Positions 9,260 through 18,537 of a stretch of DNA of 64,000 nucleotides are shown here, piece after piece. Position 1 is the stretch's first letter; each line of letters starts with the position of its first letter. The notes beneath the pieces were generated by a model. That model was not told the DNA's origin and made no database searches. It was given only the letters and a program-made list of their open reading frames with translations. The DNA lies in assembly GCA_963664195.1 (NCBI GenBank), contig OY760907.1:1216001-1280000 (forward strand), given 5' to 3'. Position numbers and translations under genes: made by a program. This DNA is from an uncultured candidate division Zixibacteria bacterium. GTDB lineage: Bacteria; Zixibacteria; MSB-5A5; GN15; FEB-12.

Positions 9260-10151
9260 ATCCGAGTACGCATATCGGTTGCAAAAGGACAGTTCTCATT
9301 GGGTCATCGCTTTCGAAGCCATGGCCAGTCCGTGCGAGATACTGGTACGCTGCGAAAACATGAGCGAAGCCGAGCAATTGGCTTCGCTCGCTCTTTCTGA
9401 AACGCGCCGCATTGAACGGACATACAGTCGTTATCGAGACGACAACATCGTGTATTCCCTCAACAACAGCAACGGCTCTCCAATTGCCGTTGATGATGAG
9501 CTTGCCAGATTGCTCGATTACGCCAACGAGTGCTATCAGCTAAGCGATGGCCTCTTCGACATTACTTCAGGCGTCCTGCGAAGGGCGTGGCGTTTCGACG
9601 GCTCCGAGTTCATTCCCGACAAACAACTGATACGCTCCCTGCTTGAAATTGTAGGCTGGGACAAAGTGGAACGGGAGAGCGGAACAGTACGACTTCGGCC
9701 GGGCATGGAGCTTGATTTGGGAGGAATAGGCAAAGAATACGCTGTAGATATGGTCGCGGAACTGTTGTCTCGTACATCGGATTCACCCTTGATGGTCAAT
9801 TTCGGAGGAGATATTCGCGCCATTTCCTCTGATGCAGATTCTACTCCGTGGATAGTGGGCATAGAAGACCCCCACAAGACTAACTCCGCAATAGGTGAGA
9901 TCAAGCTGACCAACGGAGCCGTGGCAACCAGCGGCGACCTGCACCGATTCTGTATCGTGGATGGCGTAAGAATGGGACACATACTCAACCCTCTTACCGG
10001 GTGGCCGGTAGCAGAGGCCCCTCGGAATGTAACGGTCCTGGGGAACTTCTGTGTGGAAGCCGGCCTTCTGGCGACTCTGGCCATTCTGCAAGGCCCCAAG
10101 GCGGAGGTGTTCCTGAAGTCACAGGACGCGCAGGGACATTGCATCAGATGA
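9249..10151 (+). CDS. apbE: FAD:protein FMN transferase
   Basis: AMASPC, GLFDIT, LDLGGIGKEYAVD, NFGGD, VATSG and HILNPLTG. Confidence 0.92.
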   Translation: MSSKSEYAYRLQKDSSHWVIAFEAMASPCEILVRCENMSEAEQLASLALSETRRIERTYSRYRDDNIVYSLNNSNGSPIAVDDELARLLDYANECYQLSDGLFDITSGVLRRAWRFDGSEFIPDKQLIRSLLEIVGWDKVERESGTVRLRPGMELDLGGIGKEYAVDMVAELLSRTSDSPLMVNFGGDIRAISSDADSTPWIVGIEDPHKTNSAIGEIKLTNGAVATSGDLHRFCIVDGVRMGHILNPLTGWPVAEAPRNVTVLGNFCVEAGLLATLAILQGPKAEVFLKSQDAQGHCIR

Positions 10152-10187
10152 GTCTAGAGCAAATCGCATCCGGCACAAGAGCTTCGG

Positions 10188-10901
10188 TCACGCGACATTG
10201 CGCCCCAGAACGTACAGATACGCTTCGTTTCTAAAGCCAAGCCGTCCGAATCTCTCAATCAGATTCTCTCCGGTGCGAATTAGCTCCTCGGGTCCTTGAC
10301 TCTCGCGCAGCGTCCTGATGTCATCGCGGCACTTCTCTATCATTTGGTCAAGAATGTCCTTGCTCTCATCGGGGTCGAATTCATCGACATGCTCAAAGAC
10401 TCTCGTTTCGGTCAGCCTGATCGGCGCCATGATCTGGAGTATTTCTTGCCTGGTGAAAGTCTCGTTGTGTGTACGCCCTTGGGCACGGTCAACCTCGGCC
10501 CACCAGTGGTGCAGGTGGCGCTGCGAGTTCTCCCTGTCGCTGTCGGGCGATTGAAACACTTCACAGACGACAAAAAGGCCACCTGGTCGGAGAACTCGTT
10601 TCATTTCCATCAATACGGCATTTGCATCGGGCGGATGATGCAACGAGTGCCGAATAGCTACAGTGTCAAAGTAATCATCGTCGAACCGCAATGTTTCGGC
10701 ATCCATGACCAGGAGACGAAATCCATCACCACAGCTCTCGCGCGCGGTTTCGATACCCTTCTCATTTGTGTCTACACCCACGGCTTCACTGAAATCAACG
10801 AATGATTCTGTCAGAAGTTTGAGGAACTGTCCTTTACCGGTAGCCACATCGAGAATTCGCCCGCCCCTGAGGTCATTCAGTTCTATTGTCAGTGGATTCA
10901 T
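10188..10901 (-). CDS. Class I SAM-dependent methyltransferase
   Basis: ILDVATGKG and EMKRVLRPGG. Confidence 0.85.
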   Translation of the reverse strand: MNPLTIELNDLRGGRILDVATGKGQFLKLLTESFVDFSEAVGVDTNEKGIETARESCGDGFRLLVMDAETLRFDDDYFDTVAIRHSLHHPPDANAVLMEMKRVLRPGGLFVVCEVFQSPDSDRENSQRHLHHWWAEVDRAQGRTHNETFTRQEILQIMAPIRLTETRVFEHVDEFDPDESKDILDQMIEKCRDDIRTLRESQGPEELIRTGENLIERFGRLGFRNEAYLYVLGRNVA

Positions 10902-11026
10902 GTGTTATTGTACGCGATTGCTCACGGTCTGTTGCGCAGAATTCGCAGGGTTCAGGAGTCGCTCCGTCTTCGGCAGAAATCGTCTATTACCTGCTGAATA
11001 CGCCTTCTGAGCGCATGTGGAGCCAC

Positions 11027-11113
11027 TCAACCACGAGGTCCGGCAAATACTTCGTCAATTGGAGCCAAAACGGTGAACGAACCTTCGACGGAAACGGCAG
11101 CGTCCAAATCCAC
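11027..11113 (-). pseudogene. Short degenerate fasciclin fragment
   Basis: Manual translation VDLDAAVSVEGSFTVLAPIDEVFAG resembles the FAS1 H1 motif [13 protein letters not shown] of the neighbouring gene. Confidence 0.4.
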
Positions 11114-11224
11114 CTCCAGGGGGGTCCTGGATTGACCGGCTGATTGAGTCGTGAGGATAATGCTGGTGGGGTCTATGTCGACCGGAACAAATGTCCTCGT
11201 TCGTGAGCGTCATATCATAAGAAA

Positions 11225-11260
11225 GGGCCAACGACCCGAATCGATTCGAGTCGTTGGCCC
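11225..11260 (-). terminator. Intrinsic terminator after the fasciclin gene
   Basis: GGGCCAACGAC/GTCGTTGGCCC stem followed by TTTCTT on the minus strand. Confidence 0.7.
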
Positions 11261-11281
11261 CACTTCGCCGGCATTCCTGCT

Positions 11282-12337
11282 TTAAGGAAGCAGAACACCG
11301 TCGATAACGTGGATGACGCCGTTGCGGGCCTTGATGTCCACCGCAATCACGTTGGCGTCGTTGACCATGACGCCGCCGCCGTCAACCGTGATGTCGACCG
11401 TGCCGCCGTTTGCCATGGTAGCTTCATCCAGAGTGACTACGTCGGAGGCATACACCCGACCGGTGGTCACGTGGTATAGAAGAATATTTGCCAGAGTCTC
11501 GGGATCCTGCAGCAGGGCCTCAACCGTTCCAGCCGGAAGTTCACCAAAGGCGTCTTCGGTCGGAGCAAACACGGTGAACGGACCGGAGCGCATGAGCGTC
11601 TTCTTCAGACCCGCAGCCTTCACGGCCGTGGTCAGAGTGTTAAGCCCGGCCAGACGACCCACGGTGTAGATTGGGAGATAACGGGTCAGCCAATTCAAGC
11701 GACCTTCGATGATGGCCTGAGAGACCCAGCCACCACCCATGCGGTAGCCCCAGAACCATGAAGCACCCGCAGTGCCAACTCCTACGCGGGAGGCATTGGG
11801 ATCGGTCGGCAGGATTACGGCGTCGATTACATGAATGATGCCGTTAGTGGTTTCAATATCGGTGACGATTACGTTGGCGTTGTCAACCATGACTCCACCT
11901 TCGCTGGTGATCGTTATTGTAATCTCGGCACCATTTAGCGTTGCAGCACTTGAGAGAGTAACAACCTGATCAGCAGTTACCGCACCCGGCACAACATGGT
12001 ACGTCAGGATAGCTGTGAGGGCATCGATATCTTGCAGGAGGGCTTCGACCGTGCCAGCCGGCAGAGCGGCAAAAGCTTCGTCAGTAGGTGCAAAAACGGT
12101 CAACGGCCCCTCACTCTTAAGAGCATCGACCAGTCCGGCTGCCTCGGCGGCGGCCAGAAGAGTGGTGAAGTTGCCTGCGGCGGCGGCAGTCTCAACTATA
12201 TCGAGAGCCGGACTTGGGGTCGGAGTCGGAGTGTTGCTGACCAACGGATTGCTGTCATCATCGGAGCAGCCAATTGACATTACGGACAAGATCGTCAGGA
12301 CGGCGACAATCATCGTGTAGTTCTTGATCTTAAACAT
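11282..12337 (-). CDS. Fasciclin (2x FAS1) lipoprotein
   Basis: Lipobox SIGC and two TVFAPT(D/E)xAF...YHV...NG(I/V)IHVID domains. Confidence 0.9.
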   Translation of the reverse strand: MFKIKNYTMIVAVLTILSVMSIGCSDDDSNPLVSNTPTPTPSPALDIVETAAAAGNFTTLLAAAEAAGLVDALKSEGPLTVFAPTDEAFAALPAGTVEALLQDIDALTAILTYHVVPGAVTADQVVTLSSAATLNGAEITITITSEGGVMVDNANVIVTDIETTNGIIHVIDAVILPTDPNASRVGVGTAGASWFWGYRMGGGWVSQAIIEGRLNWLTRYLPIYTVGRLAGLNTLTTAVKAAGLKKTLMRSGPFTVFAPTEDAFGELPAGTVEALLQDPETLANILLYHVTTGRVYASDVVTLDEATMANGGTVDITVDGGGVMVNDANVIAVDIKARNGVIHVIDGVLLP

Positions 12338-12380
12338 CTCTAATTTCCTTTATGTTTATTTCGTTCTTTTTCCGTCGTAT

Positions 12381-12566
12381 CTAGCAATTGCGGTCGAACG
12401 GCATCTGATCCGTGCGCCAGCAACCCTGTGCCGCGAAATTACTGTTGGCATCCACATCCTTGTCGCAGAGCCATTCGTTACCGTGGCTGTCGACAAAGAC
12501 TTTCATCGGGCGAGCGCCACCTACGGCGACTTCGGTCTGATTGGCGTTGTTTGAGTGCTTAGACAT
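12381..12566 (-). CDS. 61-aa hypothetical protein (GARPM/WLCDK/QGCWR motifs), paralog of 32830-33021
   Basis: AGGAG RBS before ATG at 12566; 24/45 identical residues ungapped with the second copy. Confidence 0.75.
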   Translation of the reverse strand: MSKHSNNANQTEVAVGGARPMKVFVDSHGNEWLCDKDVDANSNFAAQGCWRTDQMPFDRNC

Positions 12567-12616
12567 TGTGTTTCTCCTTAATTCGTATTTCTGTTCGTAA
12601 TCACATCTTCGTATTC

Positions 12617-12838
12617 TTATTGCGAGGCTGAGACCGGCGCCCATCGGCGCTGAATCGCCCGCCATTGCAGGGCCTGATAAATCGCTGACAAACCGACCAG
12701 AGCGTAGACCACCCTGGAGAGCGCGGCGCCAGATCCGAAGATCGAGGCCACCAGGTCGAAACCGGCAAAGCCCACCAGTCCCCAGTTGAGACCGCCGACT
12801 ACCAGCAGGATCGCGAAAAGTACGTCCAAGTTTTTCAT
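12617..12838 (-). CDS. DUF378 family membrane protein
   Basis: LLVVGGLNWGLVG...FDLVASIFG...RVVYALVGLSA. Confidence 0.88.
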   Translation of the reverse strand: MKNLDVLFAILLVVGGLNWGLVGFAGFDLVASIFGSGAALSRVVYALVGLSAIYQALQWRAIQRRWAPVSASQ

Positions 12839-12906
12839 CTTCTATCTCCATTCGTTCAAGGTTTTCGTTGTTGCTTTCAAGTACTACAACTACCGCCGTC
12901 GAACAT

Positions 12907-12950
12907 TTGTTCCGCTTTTGTGTATCTTGTGATTAGTTTTTGTTTACTTG
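12907..12950. promoter_or_regulatory. CarH-type operator: tandem 11-bp direct repeats
   Basis: TTGTTCCGCTT/TTGTGTATCTT/GTGATTAGTTT/TTGTTTACTTG in exact 11-bp phase. Repeats 2 and 4 fully match nTGTnnAnnTn, the reverse of the CarH consensus nAnnTnnACAn. Confidence 0.7.
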
Positions 12951-13053
12951 ACGAATAAATAATGCTAACGTATTGCATAACAATATGATAATGAAGATGC
13001 TGTGACGCCGATTGTGTATTGATAGCTGTTCCACGGAAACAAATGCCTTATAA

Positions 13054-13086
13054 TAGTGTTAGAAAAGTTAGACAATATATTAACAG
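13054..13086. promoter_or_regulatory. Second CarH-type operator upstream of carH
   Basis: TAGTGTTAGAA/AAGTTAGACAA/TATATTAACAG; the last two repeats match nAnnTnnACAn exactly. Confidence 0.7.
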
Positions 13087-13098
13087 AGAGAGATAGTT

Positions 13099-14049
13099 AT
13101 GGAGCACGGACATCCAATAGGGGTTGCAGCCAAAAAGACGGGGATTTCACCCCACCTTATTAGAATGTGGGAAAGGCGCTACGCGGCTGTTATACCTCAC
13201 CGCACTGAGACCGGCAGGCGATTGTACTCCGACAATGACATTGAGCGACTGGACTTGCTCAAGCGGGCAACCGTTGAAGGCCAGACAATCAGCCAGATTG
13301 CTCAGCTAAGTGCAGATCAACTGCGGGAATTGATTCCGCCGGACATATCAAGCGATCAGACATTTGCTGACAGCGTGAGTGTGGAGAACCAGCTTGAGCT
13401 GGCTGTGAATGCGATGGAGAATCTCGACGCCGTACAGCTTGAGATGAGACTCCTGAGAGCGTCTGTTGGACTGGGCCAGCAGGCGTTCATGGAAAGGCTT
13501 CTGCACCCCTTGCTGGAACTGACCGGCGACATGTGGTCTGACGGTCGTCTTAGTGTTGCCCATGAACACCTTGCATCGGCGGTGGTGCGATCATTGCTCG
13601 GATCAATGCATCTGTCGAGTACGACTAACGGACAGAAGCCCCTGCTGGTCAGTACGACGCCGTCGGGGCAGTTGCATGAGTTTGGTGCCCTGATGGCTCT
13701 TGTCTCAGCCTCGACGGGTGGATGGAGAACGTTGTATCTCGGTCCCAACCTTCCGGCCGAGGACATCGTAAGAGCGGCCGAGGATCGCAGGGCGAGTGCT
13801 ATCGCGCTAAGCCTTGTCTATCCGTTAGACGATCCGGAGTTGCCTGCCCAATTGCGGAAACTCCGCCAGATGGCGCCTTCTGATATCCCCCTGCTCGTGG
13901 GCGGCCGCTCCGCAATAGCCTACGACCAGGTGCTCGATGAAATCGGCGCCACAAGGATTGGCGGACTGATTGATCTAAGGAGAGAATTGAACCGCCTGAA
14001 GAAGAGTCTTGATTCCTCGTATCGCCCTGCAGGAGCAGAGAAGGCCTAG
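13099..14049 (+). CDS. carH: MerR-family cobalamin-binding photoreceptor/repressor (CarH/LitR-like)
   Basis: RMWERRY DNA-binding motif, W-x9-EH (WSDGRLSVAHEH), QLHEFG in place of ExHxxG, and YLGPNLP. Confidence 0.8.
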   Translation: MEHGHPIGVAAKKTGISPHLIRMWERRYAAVIPHRTETGRRLYSDNDIERLDLLKRATVEGQTISQIAQLSADQLRELIPPDISSDQTFADSVSVENQLELAVNAMENLDAVQLEMRLLRASVGLGQQAFMERLLHPLLELTGDMWSDGRLSVAHEHLASAVVRSLLGSMHLSSTTNGQKPLLVSTTPSGQLHEFGALMALVSASTGGWRTLYLGPNLPAEDIVRAAEDRRASAIALSLVYPLDDPELPAQLRKLRQMAPSDIPLLVGGRSAIAYDQVLDEIGATRIGGLIDLRRELNRLKKSLDSSYRPAGAEKA

Positions 14050-14051
14050 TC

Positions 14052-15419
14052 ATGGTTGACCTGAGACGCGTAAGAGAACTCAGATCAGGCCCGTTTGGCA
14101 ACGGCCCGGTGGTCTATGTAATGTCACGCGATCAGAGAGTCGGGGATAACTGGGCACTCTTGTTTGCCCAGCAGCAGGCGATAGAACGCAGAACACCTCT
14201 GGTCGTAGCGTGCCCCGTCGCCGCTGATTATCCAGGTGCTCCCCCGAGGCAGACCAACTTCATAATCGACGGCCTGAAGGAGGTTCAGGTCAAGCTGGCC
14301 TCTCTGCATATACCGTTCTTTGTGTCGCAGCGACCAATCGACGAGTTTCTATCAACCCTGACTGATTACCTGGACCCGGGAGGGATCGTCTCGGACTTCA
14401 ATCCCCTCAAAGAGAGTCGACGATGGAAATCCAGCCTGGCTGACAGAATCGAGGTCCCCTTCTATGAAGTTGACGCCCATAATATTATTCCATGCTGGGA
14501 GCTCTCTGACAAACAGGAGTATGCCGCCTACACGATTCGCCCCAAAGTGACAAAGAAGCTAAACGGGTATCTTACTCCAATCCCGCACCCGGTAAAACAT
14601 CCCTTCGTTTTCGATCAAGATTCATTTCATAAGGCCTGGCCAAAGCCCGGCGATGTGGAAAGGAAAAACAGCTCTGACCGCGCCTCTGAGCTTCTCAAAC
14701 CAGGCGAGTCATTCGCCCGTAAACACCTTCAACGGTTCCTTGATAATGCACTGTCAACATACAACGATCTCAGGAACAACCCGGTTGAGAATGGTCAATC
14801 CAACCTGTCCCCCTATCTTCATTTTGGACAGATATCGACTCAGCGAGTGGCCCTGGAGGCGCAAGCGTTCGACTCTGACATCGCCTCTCAGGAGGCATTC
14901 CTGGAAGAACTCATCGTGCGCCGCGAACTGGCTGACAATTTCTGCTTCTATAATGATAGTTATGACTCGTTCGATGGGTTTCCCGCGTGGGCACAGAGAA
15001 CTCTCCACGAACACCGTCCGGATCCCCGCCCATATCTGTACGACAGGGACACTCTTGAAATCGGTGCAACTCACGACGAACTCTGGAATGCTGCACAGAT
15101 AGAAATGGTCGTGACCGGGAAAATGCACGGTTACATGCGCATGTACTGGGCTAAAAAGATTCTGGAATGGTCGCCCTCTCCCGAAGAAGCTCTGGAACAC
15201 GCTATCTACTTGAACAACAAGTACGAATTGGACGGTCACGATCCAAACGGCTACAACGGCATCGCCTGGTCCATTGGAGGAGTACACGACCGGGCCTGGT
15301 CTGAACGAGACGTTTTTGGAAAGGTTCGGTACATGAGCTACGACGGGTGTCGGCGCAAGTTTCGAGTTGCAGACTACATCAATCGCTGCGTCGGGAAAGA
15401 TTTAGGCCTGCGAGTATGA
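14052..15419 (+). CDS. phrB: Class II CPD deoxyribodipyrimidine photolyase
   Basis: MSRDQRVGDNWAL, SNLSPYLHFGQIS, GKMHGYMRMYWAKKILEW and DGHDPNGY. Confidence 0.93.
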   Translation: MVDLRRVRELRSGPFGNGPVVYVMSRDQRVGDNWALLFAQQQAIERRTPLVVACPVAADYPGAPPRQTNFIIDGLKEVQVKLASLHIPFFVSQRPIDEFLSTLTDYLDPGGIVSDFNPLKESRRWKSSLADRIEVPFYEVDAHNIIPCWELSDKQEYAAYTIRPKVTKKLNGYLTPIPHPVKHPFVFDQDSFHKAWPKPGDVERKNSSDRASELLKPGESFARKHLQRFLDNALSTYNDLRNNPVENGQSNLSPYLHFGQISTQRVALEAQAFDSDIASQEAFLEELIVRRELADNFCFYNDSYDSFDGFPAWAQRTLHEHRPDPRPYLYDRDTLEIGATHDELWNAAQIEMVVTGKMHGYMRMYWAKKILEWSPSPEEALEHAIYLNNKYELDGHDPNGYNGIAWSIGGVHDRAWSERDVFGKVRYMSYDGCRRKFRVADYINRCVGKDLGLRV

Positions 15420-15931
15420 AGACGTACATTCTGAAAAGACGACAGGTTATCGCAAAACCGATCCGGGACGTGTTCCATTTCTTCGGCAAGCCGGAAAATC
15501 TGGAAGAGATCACCCCGGGATCAGTCGGCTTCAACATTCTCACTCCTCGACCGATCATAATGAAAGCCGGCACCGTACTTGACTATACTATTCGTATACT
15601 CGGTTTGCCTATCCGCTGGACCACGCTCATTTCCAGTTATGATCCACCAAATGGCTTCAGCGATGTAGCTTTGCGTGGCCCCTACAGTTTCTGGCATCAC
15701 ACGCACACGTTCGAGAGGGCCGCTCAGGGGACAACCATGACCGATGAGGTTCATTACGCACTGCCTTTTGGTTTTCTCGGGAGGATTGTTCATGCGCTGT
15801 GGGTCCGGCGCCAACTCAACTACATATTCGATTATCGCGCAAACGTGATCGGTAAGTTGCTGGAAGAGGGTGGCGCCACGTGGCAGAATGACCACGATTC
15901 GAGACCCCACGCGAAGGACACGCCAAAATGA
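15416..15931 (+). CDS. SRPBCC family protein
   Basis: VFHFFGKPENLEEITP...GPYSFWHHTHTF...IFDYR; ATGA overlap with phrB. Confidence 0.85.
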   Translation: MKTYILKRRQVIAKPIRDVFHFFGKPENLEEITPGSVGFNILTPRPIIMKAGTVLDYTIRILGLPIRWTTLISSYDPPNGFSDVALRGPYSFWHHTHTFERAAQGTTMTDEVHYALPFGFLGRIVHALWVRRQLNYIFDYRANVIGKLLEEGGATWQNDHDSRPHAKDTPK

Positions 15932-16222
15932 AGATTCTCGTACTGGGAGCAACCGGACACGTCGGGAGCAATCTCCTGCCGCGACTCCTTGATAAGGATT
16001 TTCGGGTCCGATGCCTGGTCAGAAATCCGGCAGCAGTTGAATTGCCCGGTGTGGAGGTCGCGGAGGGAGACGCATCGGATCAATCTCCAGTTGACACCGC
16101 TGTCAAAGGATGTGATCGCATCGTCTACCTGTCTCAGGCTTTTCGATTTCAAACCAACGGGTTTTGCCGAAGTGGTAGCCAGAGCGCTGTCACATGACGG
16201 TGAAGGGAACCAGGATGAATAA
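15928..16222 (+). pseudogene. Internally deleted NAD(P)H-binding (YbjT/NmrA-like) oxidoreductase
   Basis: N-terminal ILVLGATGHVG Rossmann motif breaks off after ~68 aa; a C-terminus-like segment LFDFKPTGFAEVVARAL follows in another frame. Confidence 0.7.
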
Positions 16223-17192
16223 GATACAAGCCGACGATTTCGACGCCACGAAGATTCGGATTGGGATATCGTCCTGCCTGCTGGGCAAGAAGGTGAGATT
16301 CGATGCCGGACATAAACATGACAGATACGTCACCGACGTGCTCGGACCTTTCGTGAAGTTTGTTCCGGTGTGCCCGGAGATTGAAGTGGGCATGGGGGTG
16401 CCGCGCGAGGCCGTTCGTCTTGTTGGTGATGCGGAGAACCCTCGTATGGTTGGCAATCGAAGTGAAGAAGACTGGACAGAACGAATGAACTCCTACGCTT
16501 CCCGCCGTGTCAAACGAAAGGATCTTGCGGAGCTTTCCGGATTCATCCTCAAGAACAGATCCCCTACGTGTGGCATGGAACGAGTCAAAGTCTATGTCAG
16601 TCACGGCCATTCGCAGCGCAAGGGAACAGGGCTGTTCGCAGCCGCCTTGCTCTCACAATTCCCGGACTTACCGATCGAAGAAGAAGGCCGGCTGACCGAT
16701 GCCGAACTGAGAGAGAACTTTGTCGAGCGTATCTTCGCATACCGCCGACTCCAGGATCTGTTTGCCCGACCGTTTGCCCGAAAAACAATGATTGAGTTTC
16801 ACGCCGCACACAAGTTCATGCTGCTGGCCCACAGTACCGGGCACTATCGACAACTGGGCCGACTGGTCGCCAGCATCAAAGATTATTGCCCAACTCATTT
16901 CAGAGAGGAATATCGAAGACTCTTCATGCGAACTCTGCACTTCAAAGCTACTGTGAAGAAAAACACAAACGTCCTGGAACACATTGCCGGGTTCCTCAAG
17001 AAGCAGATTAGTGACGTGGAGAAACGGAGCATTCATGAAGCGATCGCCGACTATCACCGCTCATGGACTCCCCTGGTGGTGCCGATTACGCTGCTCAGAC
17101 ATTTCATCGATAAGTATGAGGTCGAATACATACGAAATCAGCACTACTTGAAACCACATCCGAAGGAACTGATGCTGCGAAATCACTCCTGA
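16215..17192 (+). CDS. ybgA: YbgA family (DUF523 + DUF1722) protein
   Basis: GISSCLLG, VCPEIEVGMGVPRE, SPTCG, EEEGRL and PHPKELMLRNH. Confidence 0.88.
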   Translation: MNKIQADDFDATKIRIGISSCLLGKKVRFDAGHKHDRYVTDVLGPFVKFVPVCPEIEVGMGVPREAVRLVGDAENPRMVGNRSEEDWTERMNSYASRRVKRKDLAELSGFILKNRSPTCGMERVKVYVSHGHSQRKGTGLFAAALLSQFPDLPIEEEGRLTDAELRENFVERIFAYRRLQDLFARPFARKTMIEFHAAHKFMLLAHSTGHYRQLGRLVASIKDYCPTHFREEYRRLFMRTLHFKATVKKNTNVLEHIAGFLKKQISDVEKRSIHEAIADYHRSWTPLVVPITLLRHFIDKYEVEYIRNQHYLKPHPKELMLRNHS

Positions 17193-17208
17193 AGGCTGTT
17201 CCAGTGAC

Positions 17209-17679
17209 TCAGTTCATTCGCCATATCTGGTAATTGAGAGCTGCAGCAAAGCAGCACCACAACAGATACGGAACGAGAAGAAACCCGGCCCTCTTGTCGA
17301 CTCTCACGAATAGGCTCAGAGTGACAGCGAGGAGCAACACCAGCACCAATAGATCGACCAAAGCCGCTCCGATTAATTGACTTCCGAAAAAAAGCCAGGA
17401 CCACAGACCGTTCACGAGGAGTTGTGCCAGATAGAATCCCAGAAGTACCCTGACATTCTTCCCGGATCGCCGGCGCCATATGAACCAGGCGGATACGCCC
17501 ATTGCCAGATACAGCATCCCCCACACCGGCCCGAAAAGCCAACCCGGAGGTGTCCAGACAGGTTTTGCCAAAGTCGCGTACCATGCCCCCGGTTGAAACT
17601 GCGAAGCAAAGGTGGCGACGCTGAAGGTCAAAGCAACCCAAAACGCCAGGGCCAGAAAATCAGATTGTCGTCTTCTCAT
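17209..17679 (-). CDS. tspO: TspO/MBR family tryptophan-rich sensory protein
   Basis: WYATLAKPVWTPPGWLFGPVW, NGLWSWLFF and LVPYLLW. Confidence 0.9.
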   Translation of the reverse strand: MRRRQSDFLALAFWVALTFSVATFASQFQPGAWYATLAKPVWTPPGWLFGPVWGMLYLAMGVSAWFIWRRRSGKNVRVLLGFYLAQLLVNGLWSWLFFGSQLIGAALVDLLVLVLLLAVTLSLFVRVDKRAGFLLVPYLLWCCFAAALNYQIWRMN

Positions 17680-17867
17680 TGCGTCCCTTTCCAGGACGAG
17701 TTGATTCTCTATCTGAGGTATGACAATATCAATGCTAAACATCTGGCGGAAGAGAGAAACCCGGCACCTGTGATCACATCGTGGTCATGGCCGCCTCACG
17801 TGGAATGAACAGAAAAAGGCACCACTCCGAGAAGCAATGCCCGTACACTCTGCTACAGGCTCAACAA

Positions 17868-18146
17868 TCAGGCGTCTTTGCTGCAGGTCGGTTCCTGACA
17901 GCAATGCAAAGACAACGAGTCGGCCTGTCTCTTCTTGTAATCGTCTATTCCCTGCTGAATACGGCTCTTGAATCCGTGAGGAGCCACTCGACCGCACAAG
18001 CCGGTTCCGTCGCCATTTGGTTTACACATACGGAAACACCAGGGGGACCGGTTCTTGGTCAACGGACATCCCAGATAAGTGTATTCCTTGAAACCTGTGC
18101 GAATGTTGACTCGCTTCAAACCTTTGGAGGGAGCTTTTAGTGCCAT
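17868..18146 (-). CDS. Small Cys-rich hypothetical protein
   Basis: MALKAPSKG...YLGCPLTKNRSPWCFRMC...CGRVAPH; GGGGA RBS-like sequence upstream. Confidence 0.5.
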   Translation of the reverse strand: MALKAPSKGLKRVNIRTGFKEYTYLGCPLTKNRSPWCFRMCKPNGDGTGLCGRVAPHGFKSRIQQGIDDYKKRQADSLSLHCCQEPTCSKDA

Positions 18147-18537
18147 TCTCATTCCCCGTTGTCTTGACTGCGGGCAGAGTTTATTCCTGCATCTGCCCAA
18201 CTTCTTTCCTGTGTCCGGATTGTTCCGGCTATTAGTGCCTTTAACCGACAACATGGATAGAAGTTCACGCTGTTCTATTGTTTTTTCACCAAAATGAGCA
18301 GGAACTACAGGAGTGTATCCTGACACATGACGTCATGGGGACCAATTATCAGCCTGCCGCCCTTGAGGATAGCAGACTCGGCTGCCCACCCGTGCCCGGG
18401 CTTGTGGGAAAGGGTATGGTTTTTGAGTCGAGTGGGATGCAGTTTCCGGACTGAGGAAAGCTCGAAATCGCGCGATGCTGCCGGAGGCGGGGAGCGGAAG
18501 CAAGCTCCCGATTCCTTCCGAAGCAGGCAGACTATGC

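Noticed and set aside
12381..12851. 156-aa ORF as called in the track
   Set aside because: Its 5' part overlaps DUF378 in another frame; the real gene most likely starts at 12566 after an RBS.
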